Assembly: GCA_020854065.1 (NCBI GenBank)
Contig: JADZGF010000016.1
Coordinates: 20,784 to 84,783, forward strand
Origin: Candidatus Nomurabacteria bacterium
GTDB lineage: Bacteria; Patescibacteriota; Minisyncoccia; Phycocordibacterales; SBAW01
Direction of reading: 5' to 3'
DNA length: 64,000 nt
The position numbers were made by a program, and so were the translations under genes. Under the pieces are notes generated by a model that saw only the letters and a list, made by a program, of their open reading frames with translations, did no database searches and was not told the DNA's origin. This document shows, piece after piece, positions 1 through 10,019 of this stretch. Every line of letters starts with the position of its first letter. Position 1 is the stretch's first letter.

Positions 1-88
1 GATAGGTCGGAAAAAGTTATCCACACCCCATCTTTTAAGCCTGTCAAATCAGGGTTGACTCCCCTCGCCTTGTGTATTGTGTGTATCT

Positions 89-406
89 CTACGCAAAGCG
101 GCGCGGAGAGTAAGAGAGTCGTGCAAGATCCCGCGAGACCCACGCACCCGCAATAACGAGCGCAGCAAAAGCGATTTGAACTGGCAATTCGGTATTCAGT
201 ACTGCTGACGCTATAAAGTTGTGCGCGTTCCCTACCCCACTTTGCATAAAATTCTCGACTACGCGCTCAACCCATACCAACCGGGCAAGTAAACCCAGGG
301 CGATAAGGCATACGTAGATACGCAGTGCCGTCCCGCTTACGAGTTGCCGAGCGATATATATAGTGCCGACACTCGCCATTACCTGTTGCTCAATCTTAGA
401 TGCCAT
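89..406 (-). CDS. small membrane protein with 2 predicted TM helices, immediately downstream of the ECF sigma factor (possible anti-sigma partner)
   Basis: 105-aa ORF; two hydrophobic helices; co-directional with and 15 nt downstream of sigma gene; no recognisable family. Confidence 0.3.
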   Translation of the reverse strand: MASKIEQQVMASVGTIYIARQLVSGTALRIYVCLIALGLLARLVWVERVVENFMQSGVGNAHNFIASAVLNTELPVQIAFAALVIAGAWVSRDLARLSYSPRRFA

Positions 407-420
407 ATATCAATACATAA

Positions 421-999
421 CTATCGACGAGGATTAATGGTTTCATAAATCTTCTTAAACTCCTGTTTCGCACGATGTACCCGGGTCTTTATCGCCCCTA
501 CACTCATATTCTCCTCTTGCGCAATCTCCTCTTGAGATTTTCCTTCCAAAAAGAAGCCTGAAAGAGCCTTCGCAAGAGTCTCCGGCATACGAGTAAGCAC
601 AGACGCCACAACGTCTTCAAGCTCTTTACGCTCGAATTGGCGCAGGTTCTTATCCGGAATAAGCGCCCAGATTTCATCATCAAGCTCAACGGTCATCTCT
701 CCCCTACGCTTACGCTTTGCATAGTGCGTAAGAGCAGTATTGATAAGGATGCGGTACCCCCATGAGGAAAAACTTGCACCTTCTTGTTTTTGAAACTTCC
801 TTGCGTTGAGGTATATCTTTGTAAAAGCTTCTTGAACGATATCTTCCGCCCCTTCCCGCTCGCGCACGATACTCATAGCCTTACGCAAAAAGGGCTCCTC
901 ATACTTTCGTACGAGTATCGCAAAAAGCGACGGGTGTTCGACTGAGAGCGCAAGCACCTCTTCGTCGCTTCGGTTGGAGTCTTCGTCTAAATAGCCCAT
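421..999 (-). CDS. ECF-type RNA polymerase sigma-70 family factor
   Basis: Region 2 (EDIVQEAFTKIYLNARKF...SSWGYRILIN) and region 4 HTH (SQEEIAQEENMSVGAIKTRVHRAKQEFKK); start moved to Met41 of the track ORF (MGYLDED) to remove overlap with divergent efp. Confidence 0.75.
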   Translation of the reverse strand: MGYLDEDSNRSDEEVLALSVEHPSLFAILVRKYEEPFLRKAMSIVREREGAEDIVQEAFTKIYLNARKFQKQEGASFSSWGYRILINTALTHYAKRKRRGEMTVELDDEIWALIPDKNLRQFERKELEDVVASVLTRMPETLAKALSGFFLEGKSQEEIAQEENMSVGAIKTRVHRAKQEFKKIYETINPRR

Positions 1000-1043
1000 G
1001 AGCTCATATTGATATAACTCGGGTTTTATGTAAAATGTCTCCA

Positions 1044-1613
1044 ATGCTTGAATATAATGAGATTTTGCCCAAGAAGGTAATCCTCTTGGATGGAGAGCCG
1101 TATGAGGTTCTAGATGCACACGTATTCCGTAAACAACAGCGTAAGCCCGTAAACCAGACCAAACTGCGCCATCTTATCACCGGTAAGGTGACTGAACAGG
1201 CCTTCCATGTGTCCGAGAAGGTCGCGGAAGCTGATCTTTCAACCAAGACTGTTAAGTTCCTCTTTAGCAACCGTGGTGAAAACTGGTTTTGTACTGAGAA
1301 TAACCCTGGGGACCGTTTCAAACTTTCAGACGAAACCCTCGGTAGTGGTCGAAGCTTTATGAAAGCAAACATGACGCTTGAGGCTCTGGTTTTTAACGAC
1401 GACATCATTGGCGTTAAACTCCCCATCAAAATGGACCTCATCGTGAAGGAGGCACCACCCGCAGTGAAAGGCAACACTGCACAAGGAGGCTCTAAACAGA
1501 TTACGCTCGAAACAGGTGCCACCATTAACGCTCCCCTCTTTATTAACGAAGGCGACGTAGTGCGTATCAATACCGAAACCGGCGAATACGTCGAACGGGC
1601 AGACAAGCGATAA
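1044..1613 (+). CDS. efp: elongation factor P
   Basis: Full-length EF-P-like sequence (KPVNQTKLRHLITGKV..., C-terminal OB domains); start at 4th codon Met. Confidence 0.9.
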   Translation: MLEYNEILPKKVILLDGEPYEVLDAHVFRKQQRKPVNQTKLRHLITGKVTEQAFHVSEKVAEADLSTKTVKFLFSNRGENWFCTENNPGDRFKLSDETLGSGRSFMKANMTLEALVFNDDIIGVKLPIKMDLIVKEAPPAVKGNTAQGGSKQITLETGATINAPLFINEGDVVRINTETGEYVERADKR

Positions 1614-1615
1614 TC

Positions 1616-1646
1616 AAAAATCCCCTCCGAATGGAGGGGATTTTTT
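1616..1646. terminator. bidirectional rho-independent terminator between efp and rpsR
   Basis: aaaaa-TCCCCTCC-gaat-GGAGGGGA-tttttt hairpin flanked by A and T runs. Confidence 0.6.
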
Positions 1647-1647
1647 G

Positions 1648-1845
1648 TTAACGGACGATGTATGGAACGAGTGCCATGAAGCGCGCACGCTTTACTGCTT
1701 CAGAGAGCGCTCGCTGGTTCGCAGCTGAGAGTCCTGTGCGACGACGTGCCATGATTTTGCCATGGGGGTTGAGAAATTTCTTGATCATCTCAACGTCCTT
1801 GTAGTCGATGCGACTGAACTGCGGAATGTAGTTATCTTTTGCCAT
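1648..1845 (-). CDS. rpsR: 30S ribosomal protein S18
   Basis: 65 aa, RRRTGLSAANQRALSEAVKRARFMALVPY signature; rpsF-ssb-rpsR order. Confidence 0.9.
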   Translation of the reverse strand: MAKDNYIPQFSRIDYKDVEMIKKFLNPHGKIMARRRTGLSAANQRALSEAVKRARFMALVPYIVR

Positions 1846-1854
1846 AGTATTGGT

Positions 1855-2292
1855 TTAAAACGGAATGTCGTCAGGGTTAATGTCCTCCTCAGGATAATCA
1901 ATTGCATCATCCTTTGGTGCTGCTTGAGGCGCCGCATCGCTATTACGAGCCGGCGCAGAAGCACCCCCTGCCCCACCAGCGCGGCCAAAGGTCACACGCT
2001 CGGCAACAATCTCAGTGCGGTACTGCTTACCCTTCTCTGGAGAATCCCATGAGCGGGTTTGAATGCGGCCTTCGATGAGAGCCTGGCTTCCCTTTTTAAG
2101 GTATTGCGCAGTCGTCTCAGCTTGGCGACCAAAGACCACCACGTTGTGGAACTCTGGCACGTCAGTCCATTGCTCATCCTTCTTAACCCGGCGATTAGTG
2201 GCCATGCCAAAACTTGTGACATTAAAACCACTAGGAAGCGCTTTAAGCTCAGGATCGCGGGTAAGATTGCCGAAGAGGATTACTTTGTTCAT
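1855..2292 (-). CDS. ssb: single-stranded DNA-binding protein
   Basis: OB fold, Gly-rich linker, acidic tail ending DDIPF. Confidence 0.9.
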   Translation of the reverse strand: MNKVILFGNLTRDPELKALPSGFNVTSFGMATNRRVKKDEQWTDVPEFHNVVVFGRQAETTAQYLKKGSQALIEGRIQTRSWDSPEKGKQYRTEIVAERVTFGRAGGAGGASAPARNSDAAPQAAPKDDAIDYPEEDINPDDIPF

Positions 2293-2306
2293 ACGCCTAG
2301 TATAGC

Positions 2307-2816
2307 CTAGCCAGTCAACGCATCGATCGACTTGTTGAGGTCAGTCTCAGAGACTTCACCCCCCTCCTCTTTCGCACGCGCAGGAGCTTTAATAGTCTCG
2401 CCTTCGAGACGATCTGAAGCAAATACTGCACGACGTGGCTGTGTCGAGATATCCTCACGAACAGTGTTAATAACGATTGAACGGAGTACCTCTTTCGTGT
2501 TGCGAAGCATTTCCTCAAGCGCAGCAATATTCTCGCGCTCGGTAGCAAACTTGATCCACCCGAAATAGGCTTCACTAAATTTCTCGCGCTTGCCTTGTGT
2601 GGCACGCTCGATAGTGTACGCGAGGCTCATTTTTGCTGGAACCCCTTCAGCGATTATCTCTGCATTACCAATAACTTTGCGGATCTTATCCACGACTGCT
2701 TGCACCCCGTCATCACCCACTGCAGGCACAATATGAAAACCCACCTCATAGATAGGGGTTTTAACTGCGGCTGGCGCTTGGGATGAGGGCTCGGTGCCCT
2801 GCGCTTTTTCTGCCAT
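2307..2816 (-). CDS. rpsF: 30S ribosomal protein S6 with long acidic C-terminal tail
   Basis: YEVGFHIVP...LAYTIE...FGWIKF core matches S6; position upstream of ssb-rpsR. Confidence 0.8.
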   Translation of the reverse strand: MAEKAQGTEPSSQAPAAVKTPIYEVGFHIVPAVGDDGVQAVVDKIRKVIGNAEIIAEGVPAKMSLAYTIERATQGKREKFSEAYFGWIKFATERENIAALEEMLRNTKEVLRSIVINTVREDISTQPRRAVFASDRLEGETIKAPARAKEEGGEVSETDLNKSIDALTG

Positions 2817-2839
2817 GTCAGTACCCTACCAGAGGTGTA

Positions 2840-3592
2840 CTAGTTTGGCAAGGTAAAGACTTTTTGGGCATTTTTAACCGTTGCCTCTGCCACTTCATTG
2901 GTCGATATTCCTTTTATCGCAGCAATCTTTGCCACTACATCTGCCACAAAGACCGGTTCGTTGCGCTTGCCACGGTTCGGTACCGGGGCTGCAAATGGTG
3001 CGTCTGTCTCAACCAACATCTTTTCGAGCGGACATACACGAATAGAATCGTCGTACATGTCGGTATAGGTAATGGGACCTGGAAACGACAGATAGCACCC
3101 TAAATCTAGATACTTCTCGGCCAACTCTCCTGATCCGGTAAAGAAATGGATGATAACGGGAACCGTTGGAGTATGCGCGCTTAGTATCGCAATCATGTCA
3201 TCATGTGCGTCTCTGCAATGTATGACAAGCGCTTTGCCTACACGCTCTGCCAGTTCTATCTGTGTCATGAGGCGTTCCTTTTGTCCTTCCTTGCTGCTGC
3301 GGAAGTAGTCGAGACCACACTCACCTATCGCAACGACCTTAGGATCCTGCGCAAGCACTTCGTACTGCGACATATCGCTCTGCTCCTCCTCATTGGGATG
3401 AAGTCCAACAGAAGCCCAAAGAAAGTCATGTTGTTTTGCCAAGGCAAGCGCCTGGTTGCTTTCGGCAAGGTTAGTACCAATGATTACCGCCCCAACCTTT
3501 TTTTCTTGCATACGCGCAAGCACCGCATCGCGGTCGGCATCAAACTGCGACATGTATAAGTGGCAATGTGAGTCGAACAAGGTGAACGCCAT
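2840..3592 (-). CDS. tatD: TatD family metal-dependent hydrolase/DNase
   Basis: FDSHCHL...GECGLDY...ETDAPF motifs; classic position downstream of metG. Confidence 0.8.
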   Translation of the reverse strand: MAFTLFDSHCHLYMSQFDADRDAVLARMQEKKVGAVIIGTNLAESNQALALAKQHDFLWASVGLHPNEEEQSDMSQYEVLAQDPKVVAIGECGLDYFRSSKEGQKERLMTQIELAERVGKALVIHCRDAHDDMIAILSAHTPTVPVIIHFFTGSGELAEKYLDLGCYLSFPGPITYTDMYDDSIRVCPLEKMLVETDAPFAAPVPNRGKRNEPVFVADVVAKIAAIKGISTNEVAEATVKNAQKVFTLPN

Positions 3593-3594
3593 AC

Positions 3595-5028
3595 CTAGTC
3601 TTTGCGTGGGAAGAGATTCTCAGGCTTTTTGTTTGCCATAATCGCCTCGATAATCTTCTTGCTCGTCTCGGGAATAATTGGCTCGAGCATAAGGTCGATA
3701 GCGGCAAGTTCTTTCACAAGCTCGGTGATGATTGCTTTCCCTCTCTCTGCATCGTCTTTAATCACTTTAAATGGTGCAGTCTCGGTAATCTTCTGGTCGA
3801 GCACTGCTATGCGCTGCCAGACATACTCAGCTGCTTTGTTGATCTCGAAACGATCGAGCGCGTCGGTAAACTCCTGAGGATACGGTACAAACTCGACCGC
3901 CACTGGCTCAGCAAGATGCGTCTGCGCGAGTTGCATAATACGCGACGCCAAGTTGCCAATACCGTTTGCTAAGTCAGCATTGTAGGCATCTTTCAAACGC
4001 TCCATAGTAAAATCGGAGTCCTCAAACGGATGTACATGTCGTGCTAAAAAGTATCGCAACGCGTCGGTGCCATATTCAGTCGCTAGAGCTATAGGCTCAA
4101 TGACGTTACCCAGCGACTTAGACATCTTTTGCCCACCACTCGTAATAAAGCCGTGGTACACCACCGTGTCAGTATTTTTTACCTCCCCCGACATGAGCAT
4201 TGCCTGCCACATGATGGATTGGAAGCGAACTTGATCCTTTCCTGCCATTTGTACCACCTCGCCCTTTTTCCAAAAGGTTTCGAAATTACCACCTTCGTTT
4301 GGCCAACCAGTGGTCGATATGTAATTTGTGAGTGCATCAAACCACACATACATCACCTGCGTGTCATCATCGGGCACGGGTACACCCCAACTCATGCGAG
4401 CCTTTTCGCGCGAGATACTAAAATCTTCCAAGCCTGACTCAACAAATTTAATTGCTTCTTCTCGACGCCAATCAGGCAAAATAGCTTTAGGACTTTTAAG
4501 ATAGGTAAGCAATTTATCTTGATATGCACTGAGGCGAAAGAAATAGTTTTCCTCCTCTATTTCTTGCGGCTGCATACTCGGATGGTTTGGACATTTTCCA
4601 TCCACCAAGTCCGTCTCTTTTATAAACGCTTCGTCACCCACGCAATACAGACCTTTGTACTTCTTTTTGTAAATGTCGCCTTTTGCTAAACATCGGCGCC
4701 ACAACTCTTGCGCAGCCGCCTTGTGCGCAGGGTCGGTAGTGCGGATAAACGCATCGTAGGAGAGACCGAGCCCTTCCTTTAATTTGCTAAATTGGCCAGC
4801 AAAATGATCGACGTATTCTTTCACATCTCTTCCCTCCTCTTGTGCCTTTTGGAATATTTTCTGTCCGTGCTCGTCGGTACCGGTGGTAAAAAATACCTCT
4901 CTACCCATAAGGCGCTGGTATCGGGCAATAATGTCGGCATGCACAATCTCTAACGCAAACCCAATATGGGGATCAGCGTTTACATACGGCAGGGTCGTCG
5001 TGAGGTAATATGGTTTCTTGTCAGACAT
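3595..5028 (-). CDS. metG: methionyl-tRNA synthetase
   Basis: HIGH region (PYVNADPHIGFA), KMSKSLGN, anticodon-binding domain. Confidence 0.9.
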   Translation of the reverse strand: MSDKKPYYLTTTLPYVNADPHIGFALEIVHADIIARYQRLMGREVFFTTGTDEHGQKIFQKAQEEGRDVKEYVDHFAGQFSKLKEGLGLSYDAFIRTTDPAHKAAAQELWRRCLAKGDIYKKKYKGLYCVGDEAFIKETDLVDGKCPNHPSMQPQEIEEENYFFRLSAYQDKLLTYLKSPKAILPDWRREEAIKFVESGLEDFSISREKARMSWGVPVPDDDTQVMYVWFDALTNYISTTGWPNEGGNFETFWKKGEVVQMAGKDQVRFQSIMWQAMLMSGEVKNTDTVVYHGFITSGGQKMSKSLGNVIEPIALATEYGTDALRYFLARHVHPFEDSDFTMERLKDAYNADLANGIGNLASRIMQLAQTHLAEPVAVEFVPYPQEFTDALDRFEINKAAEYVWQRIAVLDQKITETAPFKVIKDDAERGKAIITELVKELAAIDLMLEPIIPETSKKIIEAIMANKKPENLFPRKD

Positions 5029-5037
5029 TGCTCTAGC

Positions 5038-6114
5038 CTACTTGGGGTCACCCTCAGGAGTCAAACCCTCTTTTGCAAGCGCTTTGGTCTTTGCGCGATC
5101 AATGTCAGCCACGAGCTCTTGTATCGCAGCTGCAATAGGTACCGAAAGAAGGATACCCAAGAACCCTGCCACCTTAGCCCCCACCAGAAGCGCCAAGATA
5201 ACTAAGAGCGGAGGCACGCCCACCACCTTCTTCACCACCACCGGATAGATGAGATGTGCTTCAAACTGCTGCACCAACAGATAAAGTCCTAAGACCCAGA
5301 GGGATGCGGGGACGCCTCCATGAGCAAACGCGATAGCGATCGCAGGTATTGCTGCCAAAATCTGTCCAAAGACCGGGATAAGTTCAAATACGCCGGCCAA
5401 CACTGCAAGCAACAAGGCGTTTGGTACACCTAAAATAGTGAGACCTAAATAGAGCAATACGCCCACTATCACCCCTAGCACCACTTGGCCTTGCATCCAC
5501 TTCCCTATTTTGTCCTGTGAACGCTTCCAGAGCCCCAGGATGTATGCCTGATGCGACGTTGGAGTCACCACTCGCAGGAAGTCATCAACGCCAGTTTCTT
5601 GCACTGAAAAGTAGAAGGAAAACACGATGATAAGCACAAACGCAGTAATGCCACCAAAGATAGCTGAGAGGCCAGTAAAGATACCGCCGCCCGCCTGACC
5701 CAAGGTAAACGAAATGTCGTTTAAGAATGCTGCCGAATCTGCGGTATTAATGTTTGGAATAAGCCCATTGGTAGCCTCGGAGATATTAAACGATGCAAGT
5801 GTTGCGGGAAGCCTATCAAGGAAATTTGCTGCGTCATCGAGGACAGGTGGGATAAAAAGGATAAGGAGCCCTGCAAAAAGCGAACCAGCAAGAACATACA
5901 TGAGTATGACCGAGAGAACTCGGTGCAACCCATACCGCATAAAGAAGCGTATTGCTGGCTCCATGGCCGATGCAATAACCACTGCAGTAAGGAGAATAAG
6001 GACGAGGTCACGCAGGAACCAGAGTACTGCCACCAACAGCACCAGCAGTATGCCGGTCACCATTGAGCCCGCAGTGACATTAACTTGAACGTCCCGGAGT
6101 TTATCCATGCTCAC
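5038..6114 (-). CDS. AI-2E (PerM/YhhT) family transporter
   Basis: 8-TM architecture with conserved ELIPVFGQILAAIPAIAIAF segment. Confidence 0.6.
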   Translation of the reverse strand: MSMDKLRDVQVNVTAGSMVTGILLVLLVAVLWFLRDLVLILLTAVVIASAMEPAIRFFMRYGLHRVLSVILMYVLAGSLFAGLLILFIPPVLDDAANFLDRLPATLASFNISEATNGLIPNINTADSAAFLNDISFTLGQAGGGIFTGLSAIFGGITAFVLIIVFSFYFSVQETGVDDFLRVVTPTSHQAYILGLWKRSQDKIGKWMQGQVVLGVIVGVLLYLGLTILGVPNALLLAVLAGVFELIPVFGQILAAIPAIAIAFAHGGVPASLWVLGLYLLVQQFEAHLIYPVVVKKVVGVPPLLVILALLVGAKVAGFLGILLSVPIAAAIQELVADIDRAKTKALAKEGLTPEGDPK

Positions 6115-6141
6115 ACTCTAGCACATTGCCCTAGTTTGGGC

Positions 6142-7539
6142 CTACGCGCGGATTTTAGATTGGAGGAAGGTAACCAACTCCCCTATTGGCATGCGAGTCT
6201 GCTCACCAGTATCTCGATCACGCACCGTTACTGTGTCTTTGTGCTCAGGAGTCTCACCCAACGTATCGAAGTCGATTGTGATGCAGTACGGCGTACCCAC
6301 TTCGTCTTGGCGGCGGTAACGCTTCCCAATGTTGCCATTATCGTCCCATGCAACCTGAGGGATTTCTTTTTTAATCGTTGTGTACACTTCGCGCGCTTTT
6401 GCAACCAACTCTGGTTTGTTTTTAAGGAGTGGGAAGATTGCTGCCTTAAGGGGCGCAAGGTGTGGTGCAAGACGAAGAACAACACGCGTCTCGCCATCCA
6501 TTTCATCCTCGTAATAAGCGTCTGCGAGTACCGCGAGGAACACGCGGCCCATGCCCATTGATGTTTCGAGTATCCAAGGGATATATTTCTCCCCTGTCTC
6601 CGGATCTGTGTACCGCAAGTCAACACCAGAAAACTTTTGATGTTGCGACAAGTCGTAATCGGTTCGATCGTGAATACCCTCGACTTCATCAAACCCATGG
6701 GGAAACTCGTATTCAATATCCCACGCATCTTTTGCGTAAAAGACTAAATTTTCATGTTGTTTAAAACGCAGCTTTTTTTCGTTAATACCGAGAGATACAT
6801 ACCAATCCCATCGGTCTTTTTTAAGCGCCTCATATGCATCTTTGTTCTCGTTAGGACGAATAAAGAGCTGCGTATCGGCCTGCTCAAACTCTCGTGTGCG
6901 GAAGAGAAAGTTTCTTGGAGAAATCTCATTGCGGAACGCCTTACCTATTTGTGCAACACCAAAAGGAATTTTTGGCTGCATGGTGTCAACAATATTTTTG
7001 TAGTCAAGATAAATACCTTGGCATGCTTCCCCGGGCAAATAGACAGGTTCATTTCCCTCTGACGTAAAATCGCCAAGGTTTGTTTTTACCAACAAATTAA
7101 AAGCTTTTACTTGTGTAAATTCTTTTTTGCCGCATTTAGGACATTTAATCTTGTCACGATGCTGATCAAAAAGTTCATTAATAGCCTGTTCCGACATTTT
7201 CTCATCTGCAGTGATACCAATTGCCGCAAGTTCTTTATCAACACGAATGCGTGTGTTGCAGTTTTTACATTCAGCAAGCGGATCAGAAAAACCACCCACG
7301 TGGCCAGACGCCTCCCACGTGCGAGGATGTTTAAACATACCTGCATCAAGGCCATAGTAGTTTTCCTTATTGTAGACATTAGCCTTCCACCAAGAAGCCT
7401 TGATGTTATTGAGGAGCTCTACCCCTCGGGGACCAAAGTCATATACTCCTGAGAGGCCGCCATAAATTTCAGAACCTTGGTACACAAAACCGCGGCGTTT
7501 TGCGAGCGATACTAGTTTTTCCATCAAATCAGACGACAT
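6142..7539 (-). CDS. glyQS: glycyl-tRNA synthetase (dimeric class II type)
   Basis: Class II motifs and anticodon-binding domain; RGFVYQGSEIYGG N-terminus. Confidence 0.9.
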   Translation of the reverse strand: MSSDLMEKLVSLAKRRGFVYQGSEIYGGLSGVYDFGPRGVELLNNIKASWWKANVYNKENYYGLDAGMFKHPRTWEASGHVGGFSDPLAECKNCNTRIRVDKELAAIGITADEKMSEQAINELFDQHRDKIKCPKCGKKEFTQVKAFNLLVKTNLGDFTSEGNEPVYLPGEACQGIYLDYKNIVDTMQPKIPFGVAQIGKAFRNEISPRNFLFRTREFEQADTQLFIRPNENKDAYEALKKDRWDWYVSLGINEKKLRFKQHENLVFYAKDAWDIEYEFPHGFDEVEGIHDRTDYDLSQHQKFSGVDLRYTDPETGEKYIPWILETSMGMGRVFLAVLADAYYEDEMDGETRVVLRLAPHLAPLKAAIFPLLKNKPELVAKAREVYTTIKKEIPQVAWDDNGNIGKRYRRQDEVGTPYCITIDFDTLGETPEHKDTVTVRDRDTGEQTRMPIGELVTFLQSKIRA

Positions 7540-7574
7540 ACAGACGCCACTATATCGTAAATCACTACAACAGA

Positions 7575-9449
7575 CTAATCACGGACCTGGGTCCCCGTGG
7601 TCACGGGTTGTGCGGTCGCAGAGACCTGTATTTGTGCAAATCGATCAGTCCCCTGCAACACCGAAGAGCCGGTGAGTGTTGCAGCCCCACCTACATGTGT
7701 TGCTGATGCATTAAACCGAACTTCAAATGAGGTCCCGACCGATTCTTCGGTATACCCCGCACCTCCTGCAAGTTCCCCTATCGCCCACCGAACCGTGCGC
7801 GACCCTGCGTCATACGTGGTGCCCGTACCGCTTAAGTAGTCGACATACGGCGGCAAAATAGTCGAGACATTTGTATTTGCAACCGCGTTCGATGAATTGC
7901 GCGCAGTCCATGTTATCCGATACGTAGACTGCTCATTTGCCTCAGGTGGATTAGGGCCGCCTGTGTGGTTAACGGACGCCGAGAGTGCGAGTGCTGAAGC
8001 AAGTTGTACGTTAGTCGTTGCTGCGGCAACCACCTCTTCCGGCACCCCGACGCTATTTTGACGTGAACCACGTACGCTTAACGTAACGCCAACAGTAGGG
8101 TTCGAGTACACAACTCCACCTGTCCCTGGCACAAGCGTGGCAAAACTAAACTGCACAGAACTTTCAGCGCCAGGTGCAACAGACGCTAATGCCGGATCCT
8201 GTTGCTTGGTCCAAATGATAGTTGAGTTGGAGGATTGATAAAAACCACTACCGCTTGAGATACGGTTTTTATCGAGCATAGGACCGCTTAAGGTCACAAC
8301 GATCTCAACATCTTGAATAGGCTCAGAGAGATTGTTGCGCCAGGTGACCACACCCGCAAGCGGCTCCCCTGCTGGTGCCGCTACCGTGCTTCCGGTCTTG
8401 CCGTTGATACTGATGGTGCCGCCAATGAACGGCTTCTCTACCGTAAGAGAATGTGGAACAGATATAAACGGTACCGCTACCGCCGTGTCAGTATCATCAT
8501 CATTTTGCCCTGCCAAGAAGGTAAAGACTTTCTCATCACCATCGCTGCCTGTCATAACTCCCCGCAAGGTGAGCACGTACGTTTCGTTCGGGTCCATGTC
8601 TCCCACTTGCCAGAGCGCCCCTGCTGCCGGACGCGGATTTGCAGTGCGCACCGAGTAGCCAAATGGATATCGAGCTTCAAGCACTACATTATCAACCGGT
8701 GATGTTGAGTTGCTACGCAACGTTATCGTGGTCGTAAACTCCTCTCCCGTCACTGTCTCCGTTGGCATATCAACCTCGATCGAAATAGGCGAAGAACCGA
8801 GTGTGATCATCGAACTTGAACGTTTTTCAAACACCGCATTGGAGTTTGGCACACTATACTCGAGTCGAACCTCAATAGGTTGCGGCAATCCTTCTTGACC
8901 GAAGAATATTGCACTTGAGGTCCGCTTCACTTGTACTCCTGGCGCAACCGCACCAATAGACTGACGCTCATGAAGTTTCTCGCGCTCAGGATTCTCTGGG
9001 TCTCGGGTCCCTGGCGGATATTCAATAACAAGATCAGCGAGCAACAATGGTGACGCATTGCGGTTCGTAACGATGTATTGCATTTGCGTAACCGAACCAC
9101 TGTCGACAAGTGATGGCGCCACTATCTGTATATCGATATTTTGAGAAGATATAAAATTGCCTCCCCCAAAGAAGTAGTAGACCGAAAACGCAGCTGCGGC
9201 AACAAAGAAGATAAATGAGCCAAATAGAAATTTAGTTGCTATAGACATACCAGTTACTTGCGGTATACCAAAGCGCAGTGCCGACTGTGGAGTCTCGCGC
9301 GGCACCCCTGCCTGCCGTGGCTCCCATGCCACCGGCACTTCGCTATCTTCAGGGGTAAGTTTGGAGCGCTCGTGCTCCCCTATCTCTTCACCCCGTGAGT
9401 AGAGTTTTTTACGAAGTCCGTCGACTCCGCCCTTGTCATCCATCTGCAC
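7575..9449 (-). CDS. large membrane-anchored extracellular protein of unknown function
   Basis: 624 aa; ~70-aa cytoplasmic N-terminus, one TM, then long beta-rich Thr/Ser/Val-rich ectodomain; no catalytic motif seen. Confidence 0.4.
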   Translation of the reverse strand: MQMDDKGGVDGLRKKLYSRGEEIGEHERSKLTPEDSEVPVAWEPRQAGVPRETPQSALRFGIPQVTGMSIATKFLFGSFIFFVAAAAFSVYYFFGGGNFISSQNIDIQIVAPSLVDSGSVTQMQYIVTNRNASPLLLADLVIEYPPGTRDPENPEREKLHERQSIGAVAPGVQVKRTSSAIFFGQEGLPQPIEVRLEYSVPNSNAVFEKRSSSMITLGSSPISIEVDMPTETVTGEEFTTTITLRSNSTSPVDNVVLEARYPFGYSVRTANPRPAAGALWQVGDMDPNETYVLTLRGVMTGSDGDEKVFTFLAGQNDDDTDTAVAVPFISVPHSLTVEKPFIGGTISINGKTGSTVAAPAGEPLAGVVTWRNNLSEPIQDVEIVVTLSGPMLDKNRISSGSGFYQSSNSTIIWTKQQDPALASVAPGAESSVQFSFATLVPGTGGVVYSNPTVGVTLSVRGSRQNSVGVPEEVVAAATTNVQLASALALSASVNHTGGPNPPEANEQSTYRITWTARNSSNAVANTNVSTILPPYVDYLSGTGTTYDAGSRTVRWAIGELAGGAGYTEESVGTSFEVRFNASATHVGGAATLTGSSVLQGTDRFAQIQVSATAQPVTTGTQVRD

Positions 9450-9461
9450 AGTATACCAAGC

Positions 9462-10019
9462 TTACAGTCCAGTTGCAGAAAGAGATTCATTTATCGTCCT
9501 TATGAGCATGTTGCGAGACTGCAGCGCTTTGGCTGACAGCTCCAGAGAAATACCACCTTCTACAAACTGCGCGAGCGTGGGGGTCTCAGGAAGATAGCCG
9601 AGATGCGAGAGTATCCGCAGCACTAATACCGTCTCAAGTGCATCACTATGAACGGCATCTGCTTCTGCAAGAAGTGAAAAACCTTCCATGACGCTTTTAT
9701 ACAAATCCGGATGAGCCTCTTCACCGTTCACTAACCGCAACAAAAGTGCCGTCACCCGGCCAAGAGCTGCGGTAGGACGAAGTCGCTGGTAGGCCTCTGC
9801 CCCCGTGAGACGCCACTCATGTTTACCCTGTACAAGCGCGTACCGCCCTTCTGTAAGCGCCTCTATTCCATAGCGCAGCTTAGACTGCACTACTCGGGTG
9901 GAACGAGCCTGTGCACGTATCAACCCAAACTCTGGGGTGAGGATCCACACCAAGGTGTTTGCTTCGTTTACACCGCGTTTGCGCAATACGAGCCCCTCAG
10001 TGATATGGATCTTATGCAT
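9462..10019 (-). CDS. recO: DNA repair protein RecO (short form)
   Basis: ITEGLVLRKR...LVWILTPEFGLIRAQARS N-terminal OB and LRILSHLGYLPE helical domain; start at Met31 of track ORF. Confidence 0.7.
   Translation of the reverse strand: MHKIHITEGLVLRKRGVNEANTLVWILTPEFGLIRAQARSTRVVQSKLRYGIEALTEGRYALVQGKHEWRLTGAEAYQRLRPTAALGRVTALLLRLVNGEEAHPDLYKSVMEGFSLLAEADAVHSDALETVLVLRILSHLGYLPETPTLAQFVEGGISLELSAKALQSRNMLIRTINESLSATGL

Noticed and set aside
1004-1606. 200-aa minus-strand ORF over efp
   Set aside because: Shadow ORF antisense to a full-length EF-P.
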